From the IMG/VR virus record IMGVR_UViG_3300043567_000723: DNA of 64,000 nucleotides. One strand, given 5' to 3'. The stretch is from a virus. Lineage: Duplodnaviria; Caudoviricetes. Within the stretch, counting starts at the first letter, position 1. Every line of letters begins with the position of its first letter. Under the pieces are notes generated by a model. The model searched no databases, had not been told where the DNA came from, and saw nothing but the letters and a program-made list of their open reading frames with translations. This document shows positions 27,671 to 37,195 of this stretch, piece by piece. A program made the position numbers and the translations under genes.

Positions 27671-28282
27671 ATGAACGCCGACATCCCGACGTTTCGCTGC
27701 TGGGTCAGACTTCCGCACATTTCTCGCCGTGACGGTGTTGAGGAAGCGTATGCCTTTGCAGTTCAAAGCGTTAAGGGGCGGGCGTTAGGATTTCATTGCA
27801 TGCTCAAGTCAGGTGCGCATTATAGAAACGTGCCGATTCACGCGCTGTCTTTGTACCCCGAAGTTCCAGAGCGCCGGTTAGGCGATTTGCAACTTTGGGA
27901 TTGTTTTTCAAGCAAACCAGTTGTCCATGTCTTTGATTACCTCTGCAACCATGAGTGCATCTGCTACTTGAGAAGCGGCGAACAGGCGGAAGGAACATAC
28001 CAATTCACTGTAGATTGGCTGCCTGATTCGCGAGAGTCGCCCGGGTTTGTGCTGCGCCCGGAGCAAAACAAATGCGCGCATATTATTGCCTTGGCAGATG
28101 GCAACATTTGCGCTCTGCCGACAAACCGGATCGCGTGGCGGGATGCGTATTTTATTGGCCGGAACCCAGACCCGAAGTCGGCAGGATATTTAGTGCAGGA
28201 TCTTGTCTACCAAGCAGAAGATTCTCGCTGGGATTTCAGCGGAGACGACGGCGGGTATATGTATGAACCAAAACAAATCTAA
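27671..28282 (+). CDS. conserved phage hypothetical protein
   Basis: MNADIP...GRALGFHCMLKSGAHYRNVPIHAL...LQLWDCFS motif, recalled from aquatic phages. Confidence 0.65.
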   Translation: MNADIPTFRCWVRLPHISRRDGVEEAYAFAVQSVKGRALGFHCMLKSGAHYRNVPIHALSLYPEVPERRLGDLQLWDCFSSKPVVHVFDYLCNHECICYLRSGEQAEGTYQFTVDWLPDSRESPGFVLRPEQNKCAHIIALADGNICALPTNRIAWRDAYFIGRNPDPKSAGYLVQDLVYQAEDSRWDFSGDDGGYMYEPKQI

Positions 28283-28387
28283 AAATTGCAACGCTCCGCG
28301 CGTTGTTGAATCGTTTGATAACGCAGACATTAAATAATGCTGTGTCCGGTATAAACGACACAAACAAACACAGGTGAAAGATTCCCT

Positions 28388-29473
28388 TTGAGTGTATTTG
28401 ATTTTGTTGCGCATGTTCGGCGCTACAAGTTGCGCCCGTGGCGTGTAGCACGCGTTGGTCGACGAATGTCGCAGACGTTTGCGCAACAATTCGGGCTGCA
28501 CTTAGATAGCATAAAAAGCTACAAAGTAGTTGTGGCGCGTACAAATGCTGTACGCAATAAATGGGCGATGCGGTTGAAAGAACTGGCTTCGAGAAACCTA
28601 TGGTTTCCGCATTCAAAAAACCTGAACCCGTATTCCGCCGATTTTGACCTTAAAAAATTTACGCTTACGTTTCAGCGTTGTTTATTCTGCCGCCCGTCGT
28701 ATTTGTATTTTTTCTGGAAGCGTACAAAAGTTTTTAGGCCGTGTAACCGATCGTACTTCTGTCCGTTTTGTTTTGCTCGCGTCAGTCAGGCGCAGTACGT
28801 TCACGTGCGCAAAAAAATACGGGCTATTGGCAATCAGAACTCCAGTACGCCACTTATTGCCACATGTCGCGTAACCAGTCGGTTTTTGCCGGCGCCTGAC
28901 TTTGATCTGATATCTGGCTGCGACAACGATAAAGTCTCGGAGTACTCGCGGTTGTTATGGGGCGAGTTACGGCGAGAGCGTGCCGCGTATCAAAAACTAG
29001 TTAAACAATTGAATCGAAAAACGCGCGGATCTATGTGGCGGCTAGTTGTAGTGCCGCAAGACACCGGCTGGATTATTGAGACGCGTCAATTTCTGTTGCA
29101 TCAGCCAAAAATAAAGATGCCGTTTGTGCGACCCAAGAATGGCAAAGTGGTGTACCTGAAATCTATCAAAGCCGCTGTTTGCTATAACCAGTCCGACACA
29201 GAATTTTATTTTATGCTGGGGCAGTTCAATCGGTATCCAGTCGAGCTATTGACTGGCTACGCTGAATTGACCGCGGCATATCTGCGCGCCGTCGACGGGA
29301 TGCACACTATTTCAGGTACCGGTATTTTTCGCCGGGCTGGGCGGTCGCTTGTTGAGCTTTTCAAAGCGAGGCACGAAACACATGGCGAAGGCGAGAAGAG
29401 GCAGAAAAACAACGTACGCCCAGTACCGGCGGAAAATGCTGCACGACGATCAGCCGTGGCGTCAGCGCCTTGA
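28388..29473 (+). CDS. zinc-binding protein with degenerate rolling-circle Rep (HUH)-like fold
   Basis: CLFC...PCNRSYFCPFCFAR zinc cluster as in pC194-type Rep/IS91. GSMWRLVVVPQDTGWIIETRQFLL aligns with the HUH strand but has no His residues. Confidence 0.45.
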   Translation: MSVFDFVAHVRRYKLRPWRVARVGRRMSQTFAQQFGLHLDSIKSYKVVVARTNAVRNKWAMRLKELASRNLWFPHSKNLNPYSADFDLKKFTLTFQRCLFCRPSYLYFFWKRTKVFRPCNRSYFCPFCFARVSQAQYVHVRKKIRAIGNQNSSTPLIATCRVTSRFLPAPDFDLISGCDNDKVSEYSRLLWGELRRERAAYQKLVKQLNRKTRGSMWRLVVVPQDTGWIIETRQFLLHQPKIKMPFVRPKNGKVVYLKSIKAAVCYNQSDTEFYFMLGQFNRYPVELLTGYAELTAAYLRAVDGMHTISGTGIFRRAGRSLVELFKARHETHGEGEKRQKNNVRPVPAENAARRSAVASAP

Positions 29474-30569
29474 GTATGTTTGTGCGCAGCTTTTTAACAG
29501 CAGTACGTACTATTTTGCCCGCGGCATCGAATTAGACGTAACGCACGTTAAAAAAGTTTTAACTAGCGAGCGCAGCGTCACGGTTAAATTCTTAGCGCAG
29601 GTTTTAAGTCACACGGCTGTTCGAGCTGACTGGTTAATTTGGGGCAACGGCCCTATGCTGTACGCTGAGACTCCGGGCGTATTATCTGTTCCGGCAGATT
29701 TTCAAAGTCTGTACCCGGTTTTTAATACGCTTACTGCAACCATTCCACCGGTGCAAATTATGCCGCTAGCACCAATAGACACGCACACCGAGTTGTCAAA
29801 AAACCATGTTGCAGCAGCAAACGCTATTCACACCGCTCGTTGCGCGAATAGTCGCGTAATGTTGTTTGTTAGCGCGCCGGCCGTATACGCTGGCGCTGGT
29901 ATTGTCGCTGCAGACATGTTGCGCAAAAAATACCTCACGTCTGTTTCAACAACCGGCACAGGTTTGCTGGCTGATATTGAAATGGCTCAAACGCCGCAGA
30001 CAGTTGATTTGAATTACGTGGCGCGGTTAGCTGCAGGGCAGGGCGTTGGCTATGGCGAAGCTGTTGGCCGCTGGGCGTTCAATGCAAAAGATATCAAAAC
30101 GCGCAGTTTGTTCTATACGGCGTATTCGCTTGGTGTGCCGGCTACGGCGCACGTAGAGATGGGCGAACTACGCGCGCATACTGGACCGTCGGCCCGCGGC
30201 GCTGAGTTAGGCGCGGCTATCGGCGCCGCGAGCTATACCGACTTGCTGGTATTCACAGAACAAGTCCGGCAGCTGTGTGAAACAACAACCGGCGTGTTCA
30301 TTTTTGTCGGCGACACTGGCCGCGGCTTGCAGTTGTTCTTGCAGGCTCGCGCAGCAGCTGCAGGAACCGCAAATGAGTTTATTGCAATTTTTATTGACAG
30401 CTACGTTCAACCTGAAACACAAGACTACGTTAAAAGTCAGGGAGGACAAAGCTACACACTGACTGGTACATACCGGTCAAACTTGTCAAATCTTTTACGC
30501 GCATGCGACGCTATTTTTAGCGGAAAGAATCCACATGATGATCAAACAGCAATTATCGACAATTGTTAG
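29382..30569 (+). CDS. HTH fused to deoxyhypusine-synthase-like (GSU2086-type) domain
   Basis: N-terminal CI/XRE-like ...RADWLIWGNGPM; C-terminal GYGEAVGRW...SLFYTAYSLGVPATAHVEMG...GAAIGAASYTDLLVF...GVFIFVG. Confidence 0.6.
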   Translation: MAKARRGRKTTYAQYRRKMLHDDQPWRQRLEYVCAQLFNSSTYYFARGIELDVTHVKKVLTSERSVTVKFLAQVLSHTAVRADWLIWGNGPMLYAETPGVLSVPADFQSLYPVFNTLTATIPPVQIMPLAPIDTHTELSKNHVAAANAIHTARCANSRVMLFVSAPAVYAGAGIVAADMLRKKYLTSVSTTGTGLLADIEMAQTPQTVDLNYVARLAAGQGVGYGEAVGRWAFNAKDIKTRSLFYTAYSLGVPATAHVEMGELRAHTGPSARGAELGAAIGAASYTDLLVFTEQVRQLCETTTGVFIFVGDTGRGLQLFLQARAAAAGTANEFIAIFIDSYVQPETQDYVKSQGGQSYTLTGTYRSNLSNLLRACDAIFSGKNPHDDQTAIIDNC

Positions 30570-31680
30570 GAAGTTTTTGAATGATTTTGAAGGCGTAGAT
30601 ACAGCACACAAACTTGTCCTTGCCGCTTGTACGTTAGAGTTATTTCGGCAGGCGCAGACTCCAGAAAAACGTGCGCCCTTTTTTCGGGCATTGTCTGAGT
30701 TTGCAAAAAATGCTCACGATGTAAATTGGGGCGCTGTTCCGTTTTCGTTTACAAAATACGCGCTGACAGACGGCCGCCGGGTTGCCGTGGAGTATGGCGC
30801 AGATCCCGAGCAGATCGACGACATCTTGATTGAGGCGTTAGCCGTATTTTCAGATTTAATCTGTGACGGCTTTGCAGATTCGGATGTAAAACCCGAAGCG
30901 CTTTTTGACGCCGTTATCGCTGAACTAACAGAAGCAAAAAAGACGCAGACGGTAAAGACAAAATTTAATGCTCCCGAGATTCACGCAGAGCGTATGTTGT
31001 CGCGAGTATTTAAACCGGCTGAGTTCACAGACGACGTTGCAAAAAAGTCTGGCGCAAGCCTTGTGACCTTTCGAGACAGTCTCCCAAACGGCGATCCCGG
31101 CCCGTCTTTGCGCGGTATCGCGTTTGACAACGGAACGAACCAGTGGCTCGTCTTGCTTGAAACAGGCGAATTCGTGCGCCGGACGAAAGGCGACGAGTCA
31201 ATTACGGCCACAAACACGGCTGAAGATTATGCGGCTGTTTGTCCGGCGTTGCTGTTGTTTGTTTACGTTGCCGCCAAAGAACTACATACGTGGGCGATAC
31301 TAGACGACGCGCAGTATGACTTCATATCAAAACAAGCTGGCTTTGGGTCGCTCGTTAAACAGCACGCTGCTGTAGTGGCGCGGCAAGAAATGGTCGCGTC
31401 GCTTGAAAACGTTATTGACGCAGCGACCGAAGACGTTAATCTAGGCTTAACTGGTGCCACGGGGCCACACGGCGCGTCCGTTCGATTTGCGGTCCCCGAG
31501 ACTGATTTCGTAATTGTGCTTGACGCTATGACGTCTACTACAGGCCCATACGTCGTTGCTCGACTTATGCAGCATGAGCGTGTCTTAATGCGGTTGGAAC
31601 ACCCGCGGCAATTCTCTACGCGCGGTGTGTATTTGTTCCCGCTTGCCGGCCATGCTGTCTCCCTCACCGTAATTCACTAA
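30535..31680 (+). CDS. hypothetical protein (381 aa)
   Basis: Long intact ORF; no motif recognised. Confidence 0.65.
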   Translation: MMIKQQLSTIVRKFLNDFEGVDTAHKLVLAACTLELFRQAQTPEKRAPFFRALSEFAKNAHDVNWGAVPFSFTKYALTDGRRVAVEYGADPEQIDDILIEALAVFSDLICDGFADSDVKPEALFDAVIAELTEAKKTQTVKTKFNAPEIHAERMLSRVFKPAEFTDDVAKKSGASLVTFRDSLPNGDPGPSLRGIAFDNGTNQWLVLLETGEFVRRTKGDESITATNTAEDYAAVCPALLLFVYVAAKELHTWAILDDAQYDFISKQAGFGSLVKQHAAVVARQEMVASLENVIDAATEDVNLGLTGATGPHGASVRFAVPETDFVIVLDAMTSTTGPYVVARLMQHERVLMRLEHPRQFSTRGVYLFPLAGHAVSLTVIH

Positions 31681-31688
31681 GGTATTAA

Positions 31689-31961
31689 ATGACTAACTTT
31701 GATTTTGGCGGATTTCTCAATGAAGAAAATCCCTACGTGCACGAAAACGAAGAGTCTGGTTTTGAAGAGTACTTAACCGTCAAGGCGTTGCTGTGTTTGA
31801 AATTTGGCGACGTTCGCGGCGGCGCTATTTATCGCATGCTGACGACGTATGCGAAGCGCGCCACGAAAGGCATGTCTGGAGAACCCGGTATTTTGTTTAA
31901 CGGGGAAGGCGGTGAGTTCGTGAGCTTTAACGACAACGCTAGAACCGCTGACGACGAGTAA
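31689..31961 (+). CDS. hypothetical protein
   Basis: AAGG upstream; intact ORF. Confidence 0.6.
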   Translation: MTNFDFGGFLNEENPYVHENEESGFEEYLTVKALLCLKFGDVRGGAIYRMLTTYAKRATKGMSGEPGILFNGEGGEFVSFNDNARTADDE

Positions 31962-32002
31962 CTTGCATACCGGTCAAACAACACCGCAAGGAACGCGCAT
32001 AA

Positions 32003-32596
32003 ATGTATTTGTTCTTCGACACGGAAACAGGTGGTCTAACGCCAGACCATAGCTTGCTGACGTTGTCTGCAATTGTGACCGACGACAAGTTTAATATCAT
32101 TCCAACGTTAGGTTTTGATCCCGGCGTGTATGTGCGCGTGAAATACGCTAATTACGTCGTGCATCCAAAAGCCATGGAAGTCAACGGCATTAAACTAGCT
32201 GACAACGACGCAAACGGTTTTACCGTAGCGGAGACAAAAGAAATTTTTGTGTCGTTTATCAAAGAAGCTTTAGCGACAACTGGCTGCAGAAAATTAATCC
32301 CAGCTGGACATAATGTGCCGTTTGATACGCGGTTTGTCCAAGCGCATTTGCTGCCAGAGCGCGACTGGGGTCTGTACTTCACACATCCGGCTTTTGATAC
32401 CTGCGCTATTGCGCGGTTGCTGACAGCGGCTAACGTCATTTCTGGCGGCTGCGGCTTGCCGAAGTTGTGTACCGCTTTTGACATTGATCCCGGAACAGCG
32501 CATAACGCCGAAAGTGATAACCTTGCGACCATAGAGCTGGCAAAAAAATTCACGGCTATCGTGCCGCCGTCATTAAAAAAACGTAGCGGGATGTAG
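32003..32596 (+). CDS. DEDDh 3'-5' exonuclease (DnaQ-like)
   Basis: ExoI FFDTETGGL, ExoII AGHNVPFD, ExoIII AHNAESD. Confidence 0.9.
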   Translation: MYLFFDTETGGLTPDHSLLTLSAIVTDDKFNIIPTLGFDPGVYVRVKYANYVVHPKAMEVNGIKLADNDANGFTVAETKEIFVSFIKEALATTGCRKLIPAGHNVPFDTRFVQAHLLPERDWGLYFTHPAFDTCAIARLLTAANVISGGCGLPKLCTAFDIDPGTAHNAESDNLATIELAKKFTAIVPPSLKKRSGM

Positions 32597-32600
32597 CGGT

Positions 32601-32671
32601 TGCCCGATGGTGTAACGGTAGCACAAGAGATTTTGGCTCTCTTAGTCTAGGTTCGAATCCTAGTCGGGCAT
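32601..32671 (+). tRNA. tRNA-Gln (anticodon TTG)
   Basis: Acceptor TGCCCGA/TCGGGCA, anticodon arm AGAGA-TTTTGGC-TCTCT, T arm CTAGG-TTCGAAT-CCTAG; CCA not encoded. Confidence 0.93.
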
Positions 32672-32711
32672 TACGGAGGCTGACGGTTGAGTTACGGTAA
32701 AGGAGTGCGGT

Positions 32712-32984
32712 GTGAGTGACTTTAATTGGTGGACAGCGTTGACGGTGTTTGTGGTCTACGTGTTTTTTGACATTCTGTACGCGCTGTACGTGATCTGCGT
32801 CAGCCGGCAGCAAGCACTAGCCGCGAGCGCTATCAGCGCTGTTTTGTATAGTCTGGGTGCGTACGGTGTCATGAACTATTTGCACAATCCTTGGTATTTG
32901 ATTCCACTCGCTGTTGGTGCGTTCATTGGCACCTACATCGCTGTTCGATATATGGGGAATTTTAACTGCAACAAGGAGGTTTAA
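32712..32984 (+). CDS. small multi-pass membrane protein
   Basis: AAGGAG SD; three hydrophobic helices. Confidence 0.65.
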   Translation: MSDFNWWTALTVFVVYVFFDILYALYVICVSRQQALAASAISAVLYSLGAYGVMNYLHNPWYLIPLAVGAFIGTYIAVRYMGNFNCNKEV

Positions 32985-32985
32985 A

Positions 32986-33240
32986 ATGACTGGCGCTTTT
33001 TTGCGCGTTGAGCGCGACGGCAAGTTTGAAAATGTTGAAATTGAACACCTGACAGAAGCAGAACTGGAAGAAAAGTTTTTAACAAGATCGCCAGAAGAAT
33101 TGGTGAGCTGGTTAAAACTGATGTGTTACGCACTGCAAAAGGTTGAGCCGCTGTTGGAGCAATTAGAGCGCGACGGTATTATTCAAAGTATGTCCAAAGA
33201 AGAATACGACAAGTTACAGCAGGAAGACGACCTGCGATAA
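32986..33240 (+). CDS. hypothetical protein
   Basis: AAGGAGG SD before the ATG at 32986. Confidence 0.65.
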   Translation: MTGAFLRVERDGKFENVEIEHLTEAELEEKFLTRSPEELVSWLKLMCYALQKVEPLLEQLERDGIIQSMSKEEYDKLQQEDDLR

Positions 33241-33273
33241 TACGCCGCAACCGAAACAACGAATCAAACACAA

Positions 33274-33918
33274 ATGTTCGACCCAAATAAAATAACGCAG
33301 GTAGAGCTTGCGTTTATTGGCGCGTATGTTTCGGCTATGAAACGTGAATACGCTTTGCTGTATTCTGTTTTAGACTTGATGGATCCGCGCAACCTAGCAA
33401 TTAAAGATGTAGTGTCCGCGGCTAAACTGGCGCTCGAACTGCAGACTATGCAAAAGTCGTTTGACGAGTCGTTGCACACAATAGGAACAAAGCACGGGTC
33501 TAAACTGAAATCTATGACAACTGCGCCATCAGCAGACGAGCTGGCGGATTTATTTACGTTGTCGTTTTTTAAACTAGTCTCGGCTACATCCAGCGGTAAA
33601 AAAGACGACGGCTGGTTTAGCGGTGAGCCGGGGGCTATGAAGAAGTTTTTTGCGGCGCTTCAAAACATTGAAAATCAAAAATTACCGCAATTGCTTTCTC
33701 CGTATTTAGCGGCGGCATTCAAACTATTTGCGCATAACGCAAAGAAGTATCCTCTGAACGACAACCCGTTAAATCCTTGGATTGTAAATTTACCGCCGCA
33801 GACATTTAAGTTCAAAGGACACCTCCTGTACGAAAGCGATCAGGAGGAGTACGAGGAAGACGACGAAGATGAAGACGATGATTATTACTACCAATTTGGC
33901 GAAGACGACGACAATTAA
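33274..33918 (+). CDS. hypothetical protein with acidic C-tail
   Basis: Intact ORF ending in a D/E tract. Confidence 0.6.
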   Translation: MFDPNKITQVELAFIGAYVSAMKREYALLYSVLDLMDPRNLAIKDVVSAAKLALELQTMQKSFDESLHTIGTKHGSKLKSMTTAPSADELADLFTLSFFKLVSATSSGKKDDGWFSGEPGAMKKFFAALQNIENQKLPQLLSPYLAAAFKLFAHNAKKYPLNDNPLNPWIVNLPPQTFKFKGHLLYESDQEEYEEDDEDEDDDYYYQFGEDDDN

Positions 33919-33927
33919 GGTTTTCTT

Positions 33928-35100
33928 ATGACTCCGTTGTTTGTTTTCTGCGCTGATCTTCATTTGGAAGACGGCGCGTGGTCAACGCGGCCGGGTATCT
34001 ATGGCGACGCGTACTACAGCTTTAAACAGATTATCGATTACTGCATTGAATATCGCTTGCCGTTGATTCTGGGCGGCGACGTGCTTGAGAAGAAAAGCAA
34101 CTCCGCCCGACCTATCGCGAAACTTTGCGAGGGTCTGACGCGCATGCAGTCAGTTGGTCTAGACGTGTACTATATTCAGGGTAATCACGAGTATGACCGG
34201 AATGCGCCGTGGCTAAGCGTTCATTCGTGGCCCGTGCATATGCACAAGAATACGTACAACATTGGCGGCGCAAACGTATACGGCCTCGACTGGTTACCAA
34301 AGGGCGAGATTCAGACAGCTTTTACGGAAGTCCCAAAAGACACGCACATCTTGATTGTGCATCAGGTCTGGAAAGACTTCATGGGAAACGTAGGCCGCAC
34401 CGAGTGCGAGCTGACTGACGTGCATCATGTGCAGACTGTACTGGCCGGCGACTTCCACGTAACAAAGACAGTGGAAAGCACGAACGCGCAGGGCCAGCCA
34501 ATTAAGATGCTTTCGCCCGGCTCTATTTGCATGCAGGACTGCGGAGAAGAAGCCAATAAGTTCTTTTTTGTAATCGGCGCAAATGACGACGGCACGTTTG
34601 AATTTCGACCTGTACCGTTGAAGACCAGACGGTTTCTGGACTACACGGTGAAAGAACAGGAACTGCTCGATAATCTATGCGCCGGCTATTTGACCAATGA
34701 TATCAAAGACGCGCGGTCGCAGATGCCGCTACCTGACGAGATCGCCAAGCCGATCGTGCGTATTAAGTTTAACAAGCAGTTGCCCGACGCGTTTCTAAGA
34801 CTGACGACAACCATCGGTGACGCAGCGCACGTCTTTTGCGAGGCGCTTACTAACAAGTACGACGTCGAGAAAAGATCATCAGGCCGCGAGGGTTCTAAGA
34901 ATGACCTGCTTACGGCCATTGCAGACCTGTTAGGAGAAGACACTGACGCATACAAACTAGCCGCGGCAATGTTAAACGCGGACGATGCTGGAAAAGAGCT
35001 TGATGTACAGTTTTCTAAGTTTATGACGGGAGAACAAGAAGATGCAGCTCTTGAGACTGGAAGTAAAGAACTGGGTGCACCACCGCTATCGAGTGTGTGA
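33928..35100 (+). CDS. sbcD: SbcD/Mre11 metallophosphoesterase nuclease
   Basis: ADLH, GGD, QGNHE, VHQ and AGDFH motifs; adjacent to Rad50-like gene. Confidence 0.9.
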   Translation: MTPLFVFCADLHLEDGAWSTRPGIYGDAYYSFKQIIDYCIEYRLPLILGGDVLEKKSNSARPIAKLCEGLTRMQSVGLDVYYIQGNHEYDRNAPWLSVHSWPVHMHKNTYNIGGANVYGLDWLPKGEIQTAFTEVPKDTHILIVHQVWKDFMGNVGRTECELTDVHHVQTVLAGDFHVTKTVESTNAQGQPIKMLSPGSICMQDCGEEANKFFFVIGANDDGTFEFRPVPLKTRRFLDYTVKEQELLDNLCAGYLTNDIKDARSQMPLPDEIAKPIVRIKFNKQLPDAFLRLTTTIGDAAHVFCEALTNKYDVEKRSSGREGSKNDLLTAIADLLGEDTDAYKLAAAMLNADDAGKELDVQFSKFMTGEQEDAALETGSKELGAPPLSSV

Positions 35101-37195
35101 ATTTACTCGCGGGCTGGTGGCAATCCTTGGCGAAAACGGCTCAGGTAAGAGCAGTCTATTCGGCGCAATCCGCTGGCTGCTAACTGGCGAGAATCCAAAC
35201 TTTGGCGTAAAAGCCGACAACGTTTCGCAATACGCGAAAGAGGGTGAGCCCTCGTACGCGTGTCTTGAGTTTGAGCATAACGGCCACATTGCCGTTGTAA
35301 CGCGCCATCTGTTGCCAGAGAAAGAACAGTCCATTTTAACAGTGGACGGTAAAGAAGTCGGTCGCGGTGACAAGTCAGTCACGGCTGGAATTGAAAAGCT
35401 GCTGGGCGTCGACGCCAAGTTCATCAGCCGCTTCATCATTGTGTCGCAGACCGAGATCTTCTCGTTCATCGACGACAACCAGACTGATACGGATAAATTT
35501 TTTCAGCGATTGTTTAACACCGCAAAGGCTGACAAGTGTCAGGATGCTATCGGCAAGGGTTTGGCGAAACTGACAATCCCTGAGATTGTGCAGACGCCCG
35601 ACGAGTTGGCTGAGCAGCGCGACGACCTTGAGCAGCAAGCAGGTGCGCTATCGGAAAAGATATCAAAACTGCCCAACCCCGATGACCTACTGACACTGAT
35701 GCGCACCGATCAGGGTGTGATTCAGCAATGGGAATCTCGCGAGCGTGCGGCGGGTGAGCTGTCGAAGCTCGAACACCAGCTTATGCAGCAACAGAAGCAG
35801 CTGGACGCTATTACAGCCGCGACATCGCAGTACGAGGCTGATCTGTCGGCGCTGACAGACGCGGCAAACGGGCAGGAAGCATCGCATTCAGCTGCGCGGG
35901 CCGCGTTGGGGCACTGGGCAAGTTACAAGAGCGTGGAAAAGGCCAAGGCAAAGATGCAGGCCACACGAGACGAGATTGCGGATGAACGTGCGCGAAATGT
36001 AAAGCCAGTAGAGCCCGGGTTGTTGAAAGCAGAAGAGATCCGTCGAGACGAAGACGCTAAACGCCGGCAGCTCAAAGAAGTTGAGAAGTTTATAGATATG
36101 TTCTCAGCCGAAGGCGTCGCCGAGTGCCCAACGTGCCACACACCATCGGCTGCGCTAGCGAAACAGGTATCTGATCAGCAGGCTGATATTCCAAATCTGC
36201 GCGAGAAAATCAGTGAGCTAGCTAATGCTGCTAGCAAGCAGACGGCGATTGAAAAAGACTGGCAGAAGTGGCAGATCCGAGAAAAAGAGATCAACGCCAA
36301 AGAGCAGCAGCTTATCTCGTCTGAAAACGAGCTGTTGGCTGTCAAGCCGCCCGCGGCCAGCGAAGACGAGTTGCAGCAGGCTGTTGTGGACTACGAAGAG
36401 TTCCAGCGCGTAAAGAAGGAAATTGAGCCTTTGGCGCAGAAATCTCGCGAGGACAAGGCTAAGTTCTCAGGCGCGATTAACACGATGCACGACCGAAGGA
36501 AACAACTTGAGGACGACATCTCTAATATCGACGTAACGCAGTCTGATGCTCATCTGGCGCAGACCCGGCTTAATAAACTTCAGGAACAATTACGGCAGCG
36601 CACAGAACTAGCCGACCAGCGAACTCAGATTTTGTTTGAAAAGAGGCGGGTGGAAGAACAGTACAATAGTGTTAAAGAACAGGAGCAAGTAGCAGCAAAA
36701 TTGCGGCGGTGGACCGGTGTAGCGGAGATAGCCCGCGAGGCGTTAAAGAACGCGCCTCGTATGGTAGCGCAGAGAAACCTTCAACGGCTTGAATCAGCAA
36801 TCAACGAACTGCTGCAGATTTTCAGAGTGAATTTCGTCGTAAAGGTTGCTACCGATGGAACGCCCACCTTTATCGCCGAATTCTTCGACGGGCGAAAACA
36901 AGTCGCTCAACGATTATCTGTTGGGCAGAAAACGGTCTTGGCTCTTGCGTTTCGAGTCGCCGTCAACGCCATGTTCGCCGAGGAGATTGGACTGCTTGCA
37001 CTGGACGAGCCGACTGCGTCTTTGGATCAACCGCGTATTCAGGCTCTCGCGCCTGTTCTAGAAAAACTGCGAGAGCTATCTACGGCAAAAGGGTTGCAAT
37101 GTTTACTAGTCACTCATGCCACGAACCTATCCCACCTGTTTGAGTCAGCAATCGAACTAGAAGCGCCGGAGTTACGCCATGTACAGCGTTCTTGA
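35042..37195 (+). CDS. sbcC: SbcC/Rad50 ATPase
   Basis: Walker A GENGSGKS, coiled coils with CPTC zinc hook, signature LSVGQK, Walker B LALDEPT, H-loop VTH. Confidence 0.92.
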   Translation: MQLLRLEVKNWVHHRYRVCEFTRGLVAILGENGSGKSSLFGAIRWLLTGENPNFGVKADNVSQYAKEGEPSYACLEFEHNGHIAVVTRHLLPEKEQSILTVDGKEVGRGDKSVTAGIEKLLGVDAKFISRFIIVSQTEIFSFIDDNQTDTDKFFQRLFNTAKADKCQDAIGKGLAKLTIPEIVQTPDELAEQRDDLEQQAGALSEKISKLPNPDDLLTLMRTDQGVIQQWESRERAAGELSKLEHQLMQQQKQLDAITAATSQYEADLSALTDAANGQEASHSAARAALGHWASYKSVEKAKAKMQATRDEIADERARNVKPVEPGLLKAEEIRRDEDAKRRQLKEVEKFIDMFSAEGVAECPTCHTPSAALAKQVSDQQADIPNLREKISELANAASKQTAIEKDWQKWQIREKEINAKEQQLISSENELLAVKPPAASEDELQQAVVDYEEFQRVKKEIEPLAQKSREDKAKFSGAINTMHDRRKQLEDDISNIDVTQSDAHLAQTRLNKLQEQLRQRTELADQRTQILFEKRRVEEQYNSVKEQEQVAAKLRRWTGVAEIAREALKNAPRMVAQRNLQRLESAINELLQIFRVNFVVKVATDGTPTFIAEFFDGRKQVAQRLSVGQKTVLALAFRVAVNAMFAEEIGLLALDEPTASLDQPRIQALAPVLEKLRELSTAKGLQCLLVTHATNLSHLFESAIELEAPELRHVQRS

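Larger units (their letters stand above)
25417..27674 (+). repeat. tandem family of six small paralogous ORFs (25417-25722, 25719-25970, 26014-26337, 26569-26763, 26760-27008, 27462-27674)
   Basis: Each carries an LT(D/E)(E/D/A)ERE-like motif (DNA ctcaccgacg..gag) and ends in LRGLLERL/T-like. The unrelated ORFs 26376-26543 and 27005-27448 are interspersed. Confidence 0.8.

Noticed and set aside
25417-27674. Complete integron
   Set aside because: No tyrosine recombinase (IntI) or attI site is recognisable in the window; only attC-like sites are present.
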